The notes beneath the pieces were generated by a model, which was not told the DNA's origin, ran no database searches, and saw nothing but the letters and a program-made list of their open reading frames with translations. DNA of 64,000 nt from Octopus sinensis (lineage: Eukaryota). A program made the position numbers and the translations under genes. Positions 1-13,277 of the stretch are shown here, piece after piece. Position 1 is the stretch's first letter; the number at the start of each line of letters is the position of its first letter. The stretch spans positions 30,504,001 through 30,568,000 of the forward strand of contig NC_043014.1 in assembly GCF_006345805.1 (NCBI RefSeq). The letters run 5' to 3'.

Positions 1-504
1 TAAAACCCCATGATAGTTTGTTTGGAAAATCTGACAGAATCAGTGGAAAGGGTCCATTAAGTTAATTCAGTAGTCTCAGAAACAACAGAAGGCTGTATTA
101 AATGCATTCTGGTAGTTAGTCATGACTATTAAATGTTCTGAATCAGGCCCATCACAACTGACTTAATTTTCCTTATATCCCTCCTTACAAAATTAAATAC
201 ATACCACCAGTGAACTGAAGTCTATACAACTGACTACATTCTTCATGTACAAATATGTAGTTTTAACCCTTTAGCATTCAGATTATTCTGTTAAATGTAA
301 TGCTTTTTCATTCACATTGTTTTTAATTAATCATACATTATCTTAAAGCTTTGAAATTTTGATGATGTGATTATATATTTTTGAAATGGCATTGTAGGGT
401 AGGTGTGACAGGCTGGATCTGGCTGGCTAGAAAGAAAAACAGGTGACATATTTGGGCCAGTTTAAATGCTATAAGGCTAAACCAAATACCTTTTATCTTT
501 TATC

Positions 505-1558
505 TTCTTGTTTCACTCATTAGACTGCAGCCATGCTAAAGCACTGCCTCGAAGAATTTTTTTTTTAGTTGAATGTATTGACCCCAGTACATTTCTTTTT
601 TTTTTTTAAGCCTGATGCTTATTCTATCAGTCTCTCTTGCCAAACCACTAAGTTATGGGGGCATAAAAACAACAGCACCAGTTGCCAAGCGATAGTGGGA
701 AAACAAACACAGACACAAAGACACACACAATTGGCTTCTTTCAGTTTCTGTCTCCCAAATCCACTCACAAAGCATTGGTGGTCTTGAGGCTATAGTAAAA
801 GATACTTTTCCAAGGTGTCATGCAGTGAGACTAAACCTGGAACCATGTGGTTGGGAGGCAAGCTTCTGACCACACAGCAATGCTGCAAATATTAGAAGTT
901 TACTCTGACTACAAGATGATGAATGCAAAAATCAGTTTCCTCACAATTTTGACATGATCCAAGTTCCACATTACAATGAGTTATCACAGAGATCACTATT
1001 TCAAGACTGTCTTCAAGTAATGTATATAGGACAGACATTCATAACATGATTGGTATCAGCAATGCAAATTAGCTAATTAGTTATACAATTAGAGTTGCGG
1101 GCAGGACAAAGCAATGGAAAATCACTCTAGAGAATTCCTTCCTTGGATAAATAAGTAGTATAGGCACAGGCATGGCTGTATGGTAAGAAGCTTGTTTCTG
1201 GGTTCAGTCCCGCTGTGTGGCACCTTAGGCAAATGTCTCTTACTATAGCCTCAGGCTGACCAATCTCTTGTGAGTGGATGTGACAGACAGAAACTGAAAG
1301 AAACCCATGTGTGTGTGTGTGTGTGTCTTGTGTTTGTGCCCCACTACCACTTGACAACTGTTGCTGGTGTACTTAGATCCCTATAACTTAGTGGTTCAGC
1401 AACAGAGACCAATAGAATAAGCGCCAGGCTTAAAAAAAGAAAAAAGAAAAGAAAAGAAGAATTGAAGTTGATTCATTTGACTAAGAATTCTTCAAGGTGG
1501 TACCCCAGCATGGCCACAGTCTAATGACTGAAACGAGTAAAAAATAAAAGATATGAAA
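505..1558. mobile_element. Two diverged SINE family A copies head-to-head (- 505-885, + 1160-1558)
   Basis: Match to the family consensus. Confidence 0.8.
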
Positions 1559-1979
1559 ATATGATCTTTAGTCCAATGATCCAATAGATTTGCAGGACAA
1601 TAAACATAAACAACAACACTCTCTTCTGTATAAACTTTGACATACATTTTTCATAGTACAAAAACTAATTCAGGTTTATGAAATGGTAAATCAATATATA
1701 ATTCTGACAAAAGAAATTTCCCAGTTATAAGTAAGGTTATGCTTTGTGTCTTATTTTGCTATTGTTTGTAAAGAATAAGTTGTGTGAGTAATCTAGTTGT
1801 ACTGAAAGATTAAATGAAAGTAGCAGCCAGTTCATTGACCCTTTAGCATTTAAATCAGCCATATTCAACCAAAATAGGCCTCCTGTTTTATGTTCAAACT
1901 GGCCTGGTCTATTTTATGTTCAAACTGGGCTGATCTAACCTCTCACACCTACCCCACAACATCATTATAAAAATCTGAG

Positions 1980-2300
1980 ACCCCCTTCAGGTCACGACAA
2001 AGACCATGGGATTGCACCTAGAAAGTTACCCTCTCAGGCACAAGTCCAGGCAAGGTTGTTTATGGAAGGCTAGCAGTCAACCATGCATACCGGCCTCCCC
2101 TCTCCACGCTACCAGTGTTATCCAAGGGAGAGGCAACGGCCGATACAGCTTGGCACCTCATTTCTACAGCTGAGTGAACTGGAGCAATGTGAAATAAAGT
2201 GTCTTGCTCAAGAACACAACACACAGCCTGGTCCGGAATTTGAGCTCACAACCTCACGATCGTAAGCTCGACACTCTAACCACTGAGCCATGCGCCTTCA
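1980..2300 (-). mobile_element. tRNA-headed CORE-like SINE nested in a piggyBac-type MITE (1838-2418); related heads at 41020 (+) and 54300 (-)
   Basis: gcgcatggctcagtggttagag...ttgagcaagacactttatttcac on the - strand; MITE sequence resumes after the insert. Confidence 0.75.
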
Positions 2301-3023
2301 CAAAAAATAGACAACATTATCAAAATCTCAAAGCTATGAGACAATACATGATTAATTCAAAACAATATGAATAAATAAGCAAAACATTTGATGGGGTAAT
2401 CTGAATGCTGAAGAGTTAGATGGGGAGGGAAGAAAACAATAGATAACATCAGTAGGTTGGCTCTATGTAACAAAGGAATGATAGGGGTTGAGTAGAAAAG
2501 GAACTTCAGCTGTAGATGGTTCCAAGATTCAGAATAGAATCTCAAAATCTAGATATGGCTTAGCTCTTTAGTATTCAGATTACTCTGCCAAAGTAACACT
2601 TATTGTTTTGAATTAACCATGTATTATCTCACAGCTTTGAGATTTCAAAGATGTGATTTTATTTTTTTTATGGACATTGCAAGGTAGATGTGATAAGCTG
2701 GATCTGGCCAGTTTTTAACATAAAACAGGTAGAATATTTAGGCTGATATGGCCAGCTTAAATGCTAAAAGGTTAATGAGATTAAAGATCTTGGTAACATG
2801 TTATTTAAAATGCATGCAACAAAGTAAAGACCTAATGATAAATGTAATCATCATCATCATCATAATCATGTATGTCTGTTTTCAATGCTGGCATGGGTGG
2901 AACGGTTTGACAGGAGCTGGCTAGCTGAAGAGTTGTCCAGGCTCCATGTCTGTTTTGGCATGATTTCCACAGCTGGATGCCCTTCCTAACATCAACCATT
3001 TCACAGAGTATAGTGAGTATAGC

Positions 3024-3245
3024 GAGCTGGCAAAAACATTAGCACGCCGGGCAAAATGCTTAGTGGTATTTCGTTGGCCACTACGTTGTGAGTTCAAATT
3101 CTGCCAAGGTCGACTTCGCCTTTCATCCTTTCGGGGTCGAAAAATTAAGTACCAGTTACGCACTGGGGTCGATATAATCGACTTAATCCGTTTGTCTGTC
3201 CTTGTTTGTCCCCTCTGTGTTTAGTCCCTTGTGGGTAGTAAAAAA
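3024..3245 (+). mobile_element. SINE family B
   Basis: gagctggcaaaaacattagc...gagttcaaattc...gcctttcatcctttcggggtcg...aagtaccag; the same block recurs at 18127 and 54609 and in older copies at 14040-14650, 45180-45800 and 47760-48140. Confidence 0.85.
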
Positions 3246-4058
3246 AAAAATAGATAGTGAGTGCTTTTACACAGCACTAGTATGGGTATGTTTACATGGC
3301 ACCAGCACCCATGTGATCACAAGATCAGGAATGCTCAGCTGGAGAGGGAATGCAGTGGACAAGCCTGTATGCAAGGACAACCACACTTTAAAGATATTAG
3401 ACATAAGAAATAACCTCATAAACCAGGTGGTTATTTATCATTCTATTTCTAAACATTGAACCAAAACAGGATAACCTTACTGTGTTGGACATTTGTAAAC
3501 TAGCCTATCCTGTTAGTACTAAGTAACTGACAAATTATGCTCTGAGAATAAAATAGTACAACTAAAATAACATAAACACATTTAGTGTGTGAAAATGGAA
3601 CTGCAAGCAGTCTATTATATAATAAGCAATGCAGTTACCCAACAAATTATCAATATGGGAGTTGAAGATTCATGAATAGAACTATTGCTCATTTCTGTTT
3701 TAAAATTGGTGTTTACAATGTCTAATGTCATAAACAAAATCTCAGCTGTAAATTCTTAATTCACTCTAGTTTATATTGGTTGCTTTTCAAATTGTGCATT
3801 CCCTATAAGGATTTACACTGCAAATGTAGCCATTGAATAATCCAGAGTTTTCGTACAACAAAAAAACCTTCTCCTAACTCTTTATTTATTAATCCTTTAA
3901 AACCAAAAGCTACATTTAGCATTTGAAATTACATGAATGAAATGCTATTTAAAGTGATTTGAATAGCTCAGATCTAATATTCAATTAATATTGACTCCTT
4001 ATCATTGCAGTTCCTAATTGAATTATTTTTTTCTTTTTAGTTGTTTTTCTTTTTTAAG

Positions 4059-4143
4059 CTTCTTTTGATGAAGAATTTATTATGGAGAAGAACTTGTATG
4101 CAGTAGCTGAAAGTTTATTGTGGAAAGACCAGATAGTTTTCAA
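4059..4143 (+). CDS. Candidate internal exon of an unidentified + strand gene (xSFDEEFIMEKNLYAVAESLLWKDQIVF-K)
   Basis: Long T-rich tract ending ttttaAG|, 85-nt open frame, donor caa|GTAATT; ends in phase 2, compatible with exon 21650. Confidence 0.65.
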
Positions 4144-5967
4144 GTAATTAGAATTCCATTTCTGAATAACTATTATTGTTGAAGACTCTGCTTAACAGTG
4201 AACAACAGTTAAACAGCTTAACAAAAGACTGTGCCCAACAGGGGACACAATGAACAAGTAGTGATTCAGTTAGCTTAACAACAGTGTTCAACAGTTAACA
4301 CAACAAAGAATAAATAAGAGGATAACAGTTTAACCACAAACTCTGTTCAACAGAGAATACAGTGATCAATGATAAATAAAGCAACAGTTTGACAACAATC
4401 TATGCTGGTGACTGTAGAATCCAAAACAGCTGGCTCAGACACTGCAAGGAATCTTTTTCAACCTTTAAACAGTTCCAATGCCCTGAATCAGTACTTCTTT
4501 TTATCAATCATGAAAAGATGAAAGGCAAAATGATCTTAGTAGCATTTGAACTGAGGGTACAGAAAGTTAAAACAAGAGAAATTAAATGCAGTGAGCAAGA
4601 GAGAAACTAGGCTGGTTTGGTCGTAGAAACCGGCTCTCACTCTTTAGTACAGATGTCTTGTTTTCATAAGTTCTGAATTAAAATCTTCCACCAAACCTTA
4701 GTCACAATTTATGTTCCTAACACTAGCTGAATGATAACTAAGTTATTTTACTAAATTCTTTGTTATATTTAAAGTAATTGAAAGAAACACAGAGCATCTC
4801 AAAATAAATACAGTAACGAAAGGGTTAAAGTGGAGGGAAGTTGTGGAAGACATAGGATGAAGTACTGAAGACTGATCTCAAAATGCTAAACCTTACAAAG
4901 GAGATGATAGAAGACTGGCTTTAGGAAGGGCATCCAGCCGTAGAAACCAAGCAAAAACAGATTAAAAACAGAATATGGAACATGGTGCAGCTCCTGGTCT
5001 TGCCAGTTCCTGTCAAGCTATCCAACCCATACCAGCATGGAAAACAGACGTTAATGTTGATGATGATGATGATATTCAACCCGATGCTCTAGTAACTTGG
5101 CTAATTTGCCACTTTCAGTCAATCATAAACAGCATAACAATAGACTCCTTTCATCACAGTCAAAGCAACATTAATCTTGATATCTATAGTAGAATTCTCA
5201 CAGGTAAAGAAAATATAGAGTAATGTTACAGCTATGCCTTGACATTGTATCTATCTGGTATTTTTCATCGTCTCATAGAAACACGTATAGCATTTTACAT
5301 TCTTGTGAAGAAAAAAAAAAGAAAAATATAACCTTTATTTTCACTTTATCACTTTACTTTCTTTTATTTTGGTTCTGAAGATTGATTTCAAACCATTATG
5401 ATGATTCTAAGATAAGATTCTAATTTTAACTTGTCAATAAAATAACATGGACTAATAAAGATAAAAATAAATCAATAGGAAATTATTCTAACGGTCTACT
5501 ACATCTCCCAAATCTGTAATAGAACACAAGACACGATACATTCCAAACTAGCCAAACAACCAGCTGATAATTATAAGAGGTAACTCTGTATGTAGACTCT
5601 TGCAAAATTGGAGGAATGTTCATAAAATGCAAGCAACAGAGAAATAAACAAAGCATAAGGAAAACAACAAAGAGAAGCTGATAGTATATACACATCTAAC
5701 AATGCTGCTTAATGTGCATACATACTAATATATACAAACACATACACATATATACATAGATGGTGTACAGATAGAAAGAGAGAGAGAGATTTGGTAGTAT
5801 GAACAGGATAAACAGAACTCAAAATATGAGTATATATCTGTATGTATATTTTTATTACTTTTAATCAGCGGACTGAAATGTGCCATGCACGAAATTCTTG
5901 TCCCTTCATAACTTCTGCACCAATAAAAAATTATATATATATATATATACAGAGAGAGAGAGAGAGT

Positions 5968-6672
5968 AAGTGTGGTAAGAAGTTTGCTTCTCAACCACAT
6001 AGTTCCATGTTCAGTCCTGCCTTGTGGCACCTTAGGCAAGTGTCCTCCACTACAGCTTCAGGTCAACCAAAAGCCCTGTGAGTAGATTTGGTAGATGGAA
6101 ACTGAATGAAGCCTGTCATGTGTATGTGTGTTTGTCTCCCATCACCACTTAACAACTAGCTCAGTTTGTTTACATCCCCCTGAAATTTATCAATTCAACA
6201 AGAGAAACCAATAGAATAAGTATCATACTTTAAAAAAAAGTATTGGATTCAATTTGTTCCTTCAAGGCAATGGCTGCATTCAAATGACTGAAACAAGTAT
6301 CTTTTATTTGCTTCAGTCAAGAGCACTGCCTTAAAGGGTTTTAGGTGAAGAAATTGACCCCAGGACTTATTCTTTATAATCCTAGTACTTATTCTATCGG
6401 TCTCTTTTACAGGGACATAAACACACCAGCATCAGTTGCCAAGTGATAGCAAGGAGACAAATACAGACACAAAGACAATCTCACACATACACACATACAT
6501 ACATACATATATACAACGGGCTCCTTTTAGTTTTTGTCTACCAAATCCACTCACAAGGCCTTGGTCAGCCTGAGGCTATAGTAGAAGACACTTACCTAAG
6601 ATTCCACACAGTGGGACTGAACCCAGAACCATGTGGTTGGGAAGCAAACATCTTACCACACAGCCACACCCG
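5968..6672. mobile_element. Two SINE family A copies tail-to-tail (+ 5968-6300, - 6295-6672)
   Basis: Adjacent inverted copies. Confidence 0.8.
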
Positions 6673-6688
6673 TGGCTTTTATAGATAT

Positions 6689-6739
<51 letters not shown>

Positions 6740-6765
6740 CTCAAATTATCTTCGCTTGTATGTGC

Positions 6766-6808
<43 letters not shown>

Positions 6809-6965
6809 TAGGAAGGGCGTTAGGAAGGGCATCCAGCCGTAGAAACACTGCCAGATTTGACTGGGCCTGATGAAGCCTTCTGGCTTCACAGACCCCAGTA
6901 GAACCGTCCAACCCATGCTAGCATGGAAAACGGACGCTAAAGGACGATGATGATGATGATGATGA

Positions 6966-7008
<43 letters not shown>

Positions 7009-7849
7009 AATATACAAATTCACATTCCTGAATGTTATTGATCCTAGCTATGTGTATCATCTGTTAATCTCAAAAGCTATCCACATGTATAAACAGACAA
7101 GTATAAATTCACACATGGTCAGAGAAATCAATATATGCGTGAACATAGAGAAAATGCAACTAACTACAAATTGGAATGTAAATATAAACTTCAACTAGTC
7201 GCTACAGGATTAAATAGGAAGCACAAAACATACCTGAATTTGGCCAAAGCTATGTGTTTAAGGGCGGGTCAATGATGAAGGTCAAGTGGTGATATGTCAA
7301 ATATTTACTTACAGTAAGGGTGGTGTTGTGGTAAGTAGTCTCTTGCATCAAACTAATACCTAGAACTAAATCACTCTGGTCTGATATTGAATCACCATCA
7401 TCATCATCGTCATCAACATTTAACATTCATTTTCCATGTTGGAATATGTTGGTCAGCTCAACAGGAACTGGCAAGGCCTGGGGTCACACCAGGTTCCATG
7501 GTCCAGTTTGGCTTGGTTTCTATGACTGGCTGCCCTTTCTAATGCCAGCCACTCCACATAGTGTACTGAGTGCTTTTGACATAGCATCAGCACCAGTGCT
7601 TTTTATGTGGCACTAGCACTAGTGCTTTTTATGTGGGACCAATAGCCAAACCAATGCTTTTTATGTGGTACCTTGGTTTTAGGATGTATGTACAATAAAA
7701 ATATGGGGTGGTACTGAATTGTTAGAAGGCAGTATTGAGAAAGGTTTCAAAATAGGAAGTGGAGGCAATAGTCAAAAGAGTTTGAAAAGTCCTGGTTTAT
7801 GAATTGATGCCTGTCGTTACTATTCAAAACAGTTATGTAGTGGTGGAGT

Positions 7850-8510
7850 GACAGAAAAATGTCCTGAGTATGACCTTGAAACTGTAACTAGTATTGAGGC
7901 CCTGGTTCAGGAGAGCCAAGGGTTTGAGGAGTGTGGAACCACTTCCTGGCCACTGTTGTTCCTAGATCTACTCTGACCTGAAGCAGTAGCATCTATTAAG
8001 ATCCCAACAATGGGTTAATTAACAAGTCAGTTCAGAAGATGGAGTTTGTTAGCCTTGGGCAGGAGAAGGAAAACTCTGGTTCCAAACCTTTGCTGCTTGC
8101 AGTCATATTCAGCCATGGGAAAGGCTTCAGCCTGAGTAAAAATAAGGAGTCAATGCTCCTAAGGCAGTTCGATGTTATCCAGAGCCTCATTCTGACAACT
8201 GCAATGATACTGACATCAAATTGTGATGGCCATGCTGTTCCTTGGGATCCATCAGTGATATGGAGAAGAGCTGCACACTACATGGGCAATTACCTGTTCT
8301 CCACATCATGCTCATCAGGCTTGGATTTTATCAAATACCCTATACTGGAAAGATAGACCCAATAGCACCAGGATAGACCACAAATGTGGAATGTGTAGCA
8401 GAGACTGCCACTTGTACATCGGAGTGTTCAGCCACAGACAACACTATTGCAGTGGTGGAGACAGCTAGGACCTTCATCCATAGTCATAAATGACAGAGAG
8501 AGGCCAAATA
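7850..8510 (+). mobile_element. RTE-clade LINE derivative (5'UTR-like part plus 3' end)
   Basis: C-terminal zinc knuckle CGMCSRDCHLYIGVFSHRQH followed by tccatagtc...gacagagagaggcca end; ggagaaggaaaactctg 5' motif. Confidence 0.65.
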
Positions 8511-8719
8511 GAAAAACTAGATTACTGGGCCGGGTACTTTGAAGTAGTTATTCATACCATCTTTTGGAGTTAATAAAATCAGTACATTCCTCCACTACAA
8601 ATTTGTGGCCTTCAACCAATCTAAGAGATTATTTCAGAAATCAGTTATTGTTTACATTAATTCAAGGCAATGCCCCAGCATGGCTACAGTCAAATGAGTG
8701 AAACTAGTAAAAGGTAGTA

Positions 8720-9215
8720 TTTGTTATCACATAAATTAGTCCATGTCATTACATGAATTTTATAATGCCATTAAATGAATTAGTTATTGTTATTAGATAA
8801 ATCAGTATGTTATTACACACATCAGTAGCCGACAGCTAATGTTACATAATCCAATTGCTGTTAATATATAAATCAGTAACTGTTATTTAGAAAAAAGAAT
8901 AACTAGCATTATATTAATCAGTTGTCATTCCATAAATCAGTCACTGTCATTACATAAATCACTCACTATCATTACACGCAACAATAGCTGACATTATACA
9001 AATCATTTGCTGCCATTACATAAATCAAGGCCTGTCATTACATAAATCAAGGCCTGTCATTACATGAGTTCCTTTCATATCCCAGCCACTGTCATTACAT
9101 CAGGCAGTCACTATCATTACATAAATCAGTTATTGTTATTGTATAGATCCATTGCTGTTATTACAAAAATCAGTTACTTTCATTACATAAATCAGTTACT
9201 ATAATTCCATAAATA
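8720..9215. repeat. Degenerate 22-bp minisatellite
   Basis: About 20 units of a cattacataaatcagttactgt-like motif; two perfect adjacent units near 9014-9057. Confidence 0.8.
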
Positions 9216-9755
9216 CGTTTTGAAAAGTGGTTGAATGTGGGCAGCTTTGCCACATTGTGTCACACTGAGTCTTCTTGAAAACTACATGAAGGATACACAT
9301 GTCTGTGGAGTGCTCAGCCACTTGTATGTTAATTTCATGAACAGGCCATTCCTTATCAACTGGAACCCACATTGTAATAACTGATGGAGAGCTAGCATTC
9401 AGTGTGGTTTAAAGATCATTTAGTATCTATTCCATGCCATACAATATAACCAGAAAAAGGTCACTTTATTGGTCTATATGTGTATATTTTCACAGTATAT
9501 AAACTTGACTCCCAGATATGCCATTTCATTTCATTTACATCTACCTGTAATTTTTGCTGTAACTGATTACCCTTACTTGTTGTTTCAAGTAAAGTATTTT
9601 TATCCCACTAAAAGTTCACATGAAACCAACAAAACTAAAAATGACAAAGAAGTCATTGAGCAGGTTGTAATAGAAAACACTTGCTCAAGAGATGGAAGCT
9701 GAAACCCTAAGGCCAACAACCATGAATGTGTGTGTGTGTGTGTGTACGTGCACAC

Positions 9756-9787
<32 letters not shown>

Positions 9788-10837
9788 GCGCACATGTGTA
9801 AGAAAATTTTTTATTTTTTCTTTATGCCAAACACATTAGTTATATAAGCTACAAAAGATGAATTTTACTTTGCATATTGATAATTTAGGCATTATAAGGT
9901 TGATGACAAGTATGAAGTGGTGACCTGAATTGATCTCATCAAAGACACTGCATGGGGGACTGTGATGGATGGAGTACTCATGTGAAATCATCAAAGCGTT
10001 CAGAAGGATAGACAAAAACAAAGAAAAAAGAAGAAAAAACTAACTGGATGGAGATGAAAGACAAGAACTCAGAACATGTGTATGCTAGCTGTGAAGACTG
10101 ATAATAATAATAATTTGTTTCTAATTTAGATTCAAGGCCAACAATATTTGAAGGATGAGGAACAATTGATTAGGAAGGGCGTCCTGGCATAGAAAGCATC
10201 CCAAAGCTGATACTGGAGCTCACTCACCACAGCCCTATGGCTAGCCAAATCCTCAGTCAAACCCATGCCAATGTGGGAAACAGATATTAAATGATGATGA
10301 TGTTGATGATGAGTAAAAACCTCAGTAAAAAAAGAAACTAATATTTGTGGACAGCCAATATTATTTTAATCAGCAAACTAATAGAAAGACAACAATGGCT
10401 GTGTTTCACCCTTGTTGGTTCTTTTCAGTGTTGTCATTGGAAACCTTTTAGGATACAGTCAATTACATTGACCCCAGAAGGGTGAAAGGTGAATTGGGCG
10501 AAAAGCAAGTGGGATCTGAACTTCAAAGATAAAGGAACATAAGCAAACACTCGTACAAGGGGTTTTCACTGGCAAGATATAGAATGACTACACTGACCTG
10601 AAAAGCAAATCTAACCACAGTTGCCTTTCTTTATTTGTCTCTCAAAAATATTTTTGTTCATTGCAAACCTGGCTCTATTTTATTTTTTTAATGTTTTAAT
10701 TATTAAATATGATTTAATCTAAGTTACTGGTCCATATAAGATTTTGTTAAAATTTATGTAAATTGGTTATACTTCTACAAGGCACAAAATATTTTAGCAA
10801 TTTTTAATACAAGGATGACATACAAATTTGTGAAGGG

Positions 10838-10995
10838 AGGCACAGGTATGGTTGTGTAGTAAGAAGTTTGGTTCCCAACCACATGGTTCTGGGCTCAGTT
10901 CCACTGCATGGCACCTTGGGCAAGTGTCTTCTACTATACACTCAGGTTGATCAAAGGCTTGTGAGTGGGTGTGGTAGAAGGAAACTGAAAGAAGC

Positions 10996-11027
<32 letters not shown>

Positions 11028-11272
11028 CATGTGTGTATATATATGTATGTCTATGTGTATGTTTGTCCCTGTGTTTGTCCTCCACCACCATTTAACAACC
11101 AGTTTGATGTGTTTACATTCCTGCAACTTAGCAGTTCAGCAAAAGAGACCAATAGAATAAGTACCAAGCTTAAAAAGAAAATAAGTACTGGAGTCAATTA
11201 ATTTGACTAAAATTCCTTAAAGTGGTGCCCCAGCATGGCTGCAGTCTAATGATTGAAACAAGTAAAAGATTA
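10838..11272 (+). mobile_element. SINE family A
   Basis: Match to the family consensus. Confidence 0.85.
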
Positions 11273-11306
11273 AAACATTAATTCCTGATATTTATTTATA
11301 AAAATA

Positions 11307-11854
11307 CAGAGTCTCCCCTCAAAAAATTGACATCATTTGAAATGTGAATATCTGAGTAATATATGTCCTAAGAAAAGAAAATTAAATAGGCTTCATATTG
11401 AACAAGAAAAGATTTATTTTTCAAAATTCAAACAAGAGATTCAGAGAGGCGTAGATTTTATAACCAATTTCACAAAGCTTCACAAATGTTCAATATGTGC
11501 TCCACCTGTGACACGGCACATACCAACTCCGTAGTCCAACTCCTGCCAATCATGCTGTAGTATGTCTTACATAACATTCTCCAGCATCTCAGTGATTTCC
11601 TGCATGAGTTCCTCTAGGCTTGTAGGAAGAGGGGAGATATAGGCCAGTCCTTTCACATTGCCCCATAGAAAAAAAAAAAAGGTACCAAGTCAGGCGAACA
11701 TGGTGACCATTTCAACAGTACACTGTCATTATTACTGGTATGCCCGATCCAAATTTAGTTTTTACACATTTTGTTAAAATTTGAGATCATTTAAGCAAGA
11801 ATTGGTTATGTTATTAGACTCCAAAATGCTGTCAATTTTTGGGGGGGCACCCTG
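11307..11854 (-). mobile_element. Internally deleted Tc1/mariner-superfamily element
   Basis: TA-flanked TIRs CAG(A/G)GT...AAAAATTGACA; C-terminal remnant WSPCSPDL..LWGNVKG...ELDYGVGMCRVTGGAHIEHL*. Confidence 0.85.
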
Positions 11855-13059
11855 TATAATAAGATGTTTTAAATATCAAATGATTATGAGGGCCCAGACA
11901 AGTAAAATATGGATCAAAGGGATCCACAGGCCAAAAAATGATTGAATACCACTGATCCAAGTAACTGTTTTTTTATGGTATAGAGTGTCGCCCTATAGTT
12001 TATTTTTTATAAACTCAGTGTGTGTGTGTGTGTGTATGCTTCATTTCCTATTTTATTCTTTTCCTTTAAAAGAAATTAGTCTCTCTTGAATGTGAGTGTG
12101 TGTGCACGCGCACACATGCATGTGTGTGCACGCGCACACATGCATGTGTGTGCATATGTATTAGTGACATTTTCACTATATTTTCTTTTATAACAGAGAA
12201 GAAGAAGAAGAAGAAGAAGAAGTTAGAGGAAGATGTTAGAAGGAGAGGAGGAGAAGCTAGAAACAAAAAGGATGATGATGTAAGCAAAAAGATGGTAGCA
12301 ATAGTCATCATTTTGACTAATTATCACTTCACTTGAAGTAAAATGAAATAATAAACAAGAAAATGTGACACACAGACACATGACTATTTGAATATCAAAT
12401 TCTCCACAGAAGTAGATGAAGGTCATTGACTATATTGATGTTGTTGATACTGGTGTACTGCTAACACTGGGTTAGAATTGCCATTTATCATTATCATCAT
12501 CATCATCACCATAGTATTTTTGTTATTATTGCTGTTGTTGTTAATTATTGTTTTCATTGATCTCATTAGGGTTTAATGGTAGTTTAACTGTCTTAATTCA
12601 TCAGAAGTCAACACATCAAAAATACACGCCTTAACAAACGCTATCAGCAATGAATTGAATGCTACAGCCTTAGTATTGATTTCTGCTGACCACGTACATC
12701 ATCATCATCATCATCATCGTCAATATTTTAATGCTAGATTTCCCCCACCCCTCCGCCCATTCATGCAGCTGGCATGAGTCCGAAGGGGTCATCTGGGCAG
12801 CATGTTGTCTCCCATCTTCATATTTTTTGCCACCTCTCCTATGAAAATGAATGGTCATAAAGTTAACCTCTCCACAACTTCCTCTCTTTTTCATGGGTAC
12901 CTTCCACTTACAGCACAACAGCTGATGCTAGTTGTAAAGGGCAGAATGAAGTGGCTATAGGGTCAAATGAAATGAAGCCAATAAACTTACTAGTACTGTA
13001 TATACTCTGGGGGAAGCCAGGCAAAATGAACCAAGAGAGAGGAAACTATAAGACATTAA

Positions 13060-13277
13060 CCCTTTAGCATTTAAACCGGCCATATCCGGCCAAAAGTATT
13101 CTGCCTGTTTAATGTTCAAACTGGCCAGATCTGGTCTCTCACACCAACCCTACAATATCGTTTGAAAAATTAACAGCTACCTCATCAAAATCTCATAGCT
13201 ACAAGGTAATGCATTAGTTCAAAACAATGTGGATGAAAAGGCATTAATTTTGGCAGAATGATGCGAACACTAAAGGG
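13060..13277. mobile_element. piggyBac-type MITE family 1 (other copies at 267, 1838, 2570, 37570, 42977, 50337, 54872)
   Basis: TTAA|CCCTTTAG ... CTAAAGGG|TTAA: target-site duplication and TIRs. Confidence 0.85.

Noticed and set aside
5483-5515. - strand terminal exon candidate (xLGDVVDR*)
   Set aside because: Only a short acceptor-to-stop match with no linking exons; could be chance
8720-9215. CRISPR-like array
   Set aside because: Contiguous degenerate units with no unique spacers, in a eukaryotic context with no cas genes
12197-12278. Exon-like segment (KKKKKKKKLEEDVRRRGG…|GTAAGC)
   Set aside because: Mostly a (GAA)n microsatellite, and its phase (1 to 0) does not fit the neighbouring exons
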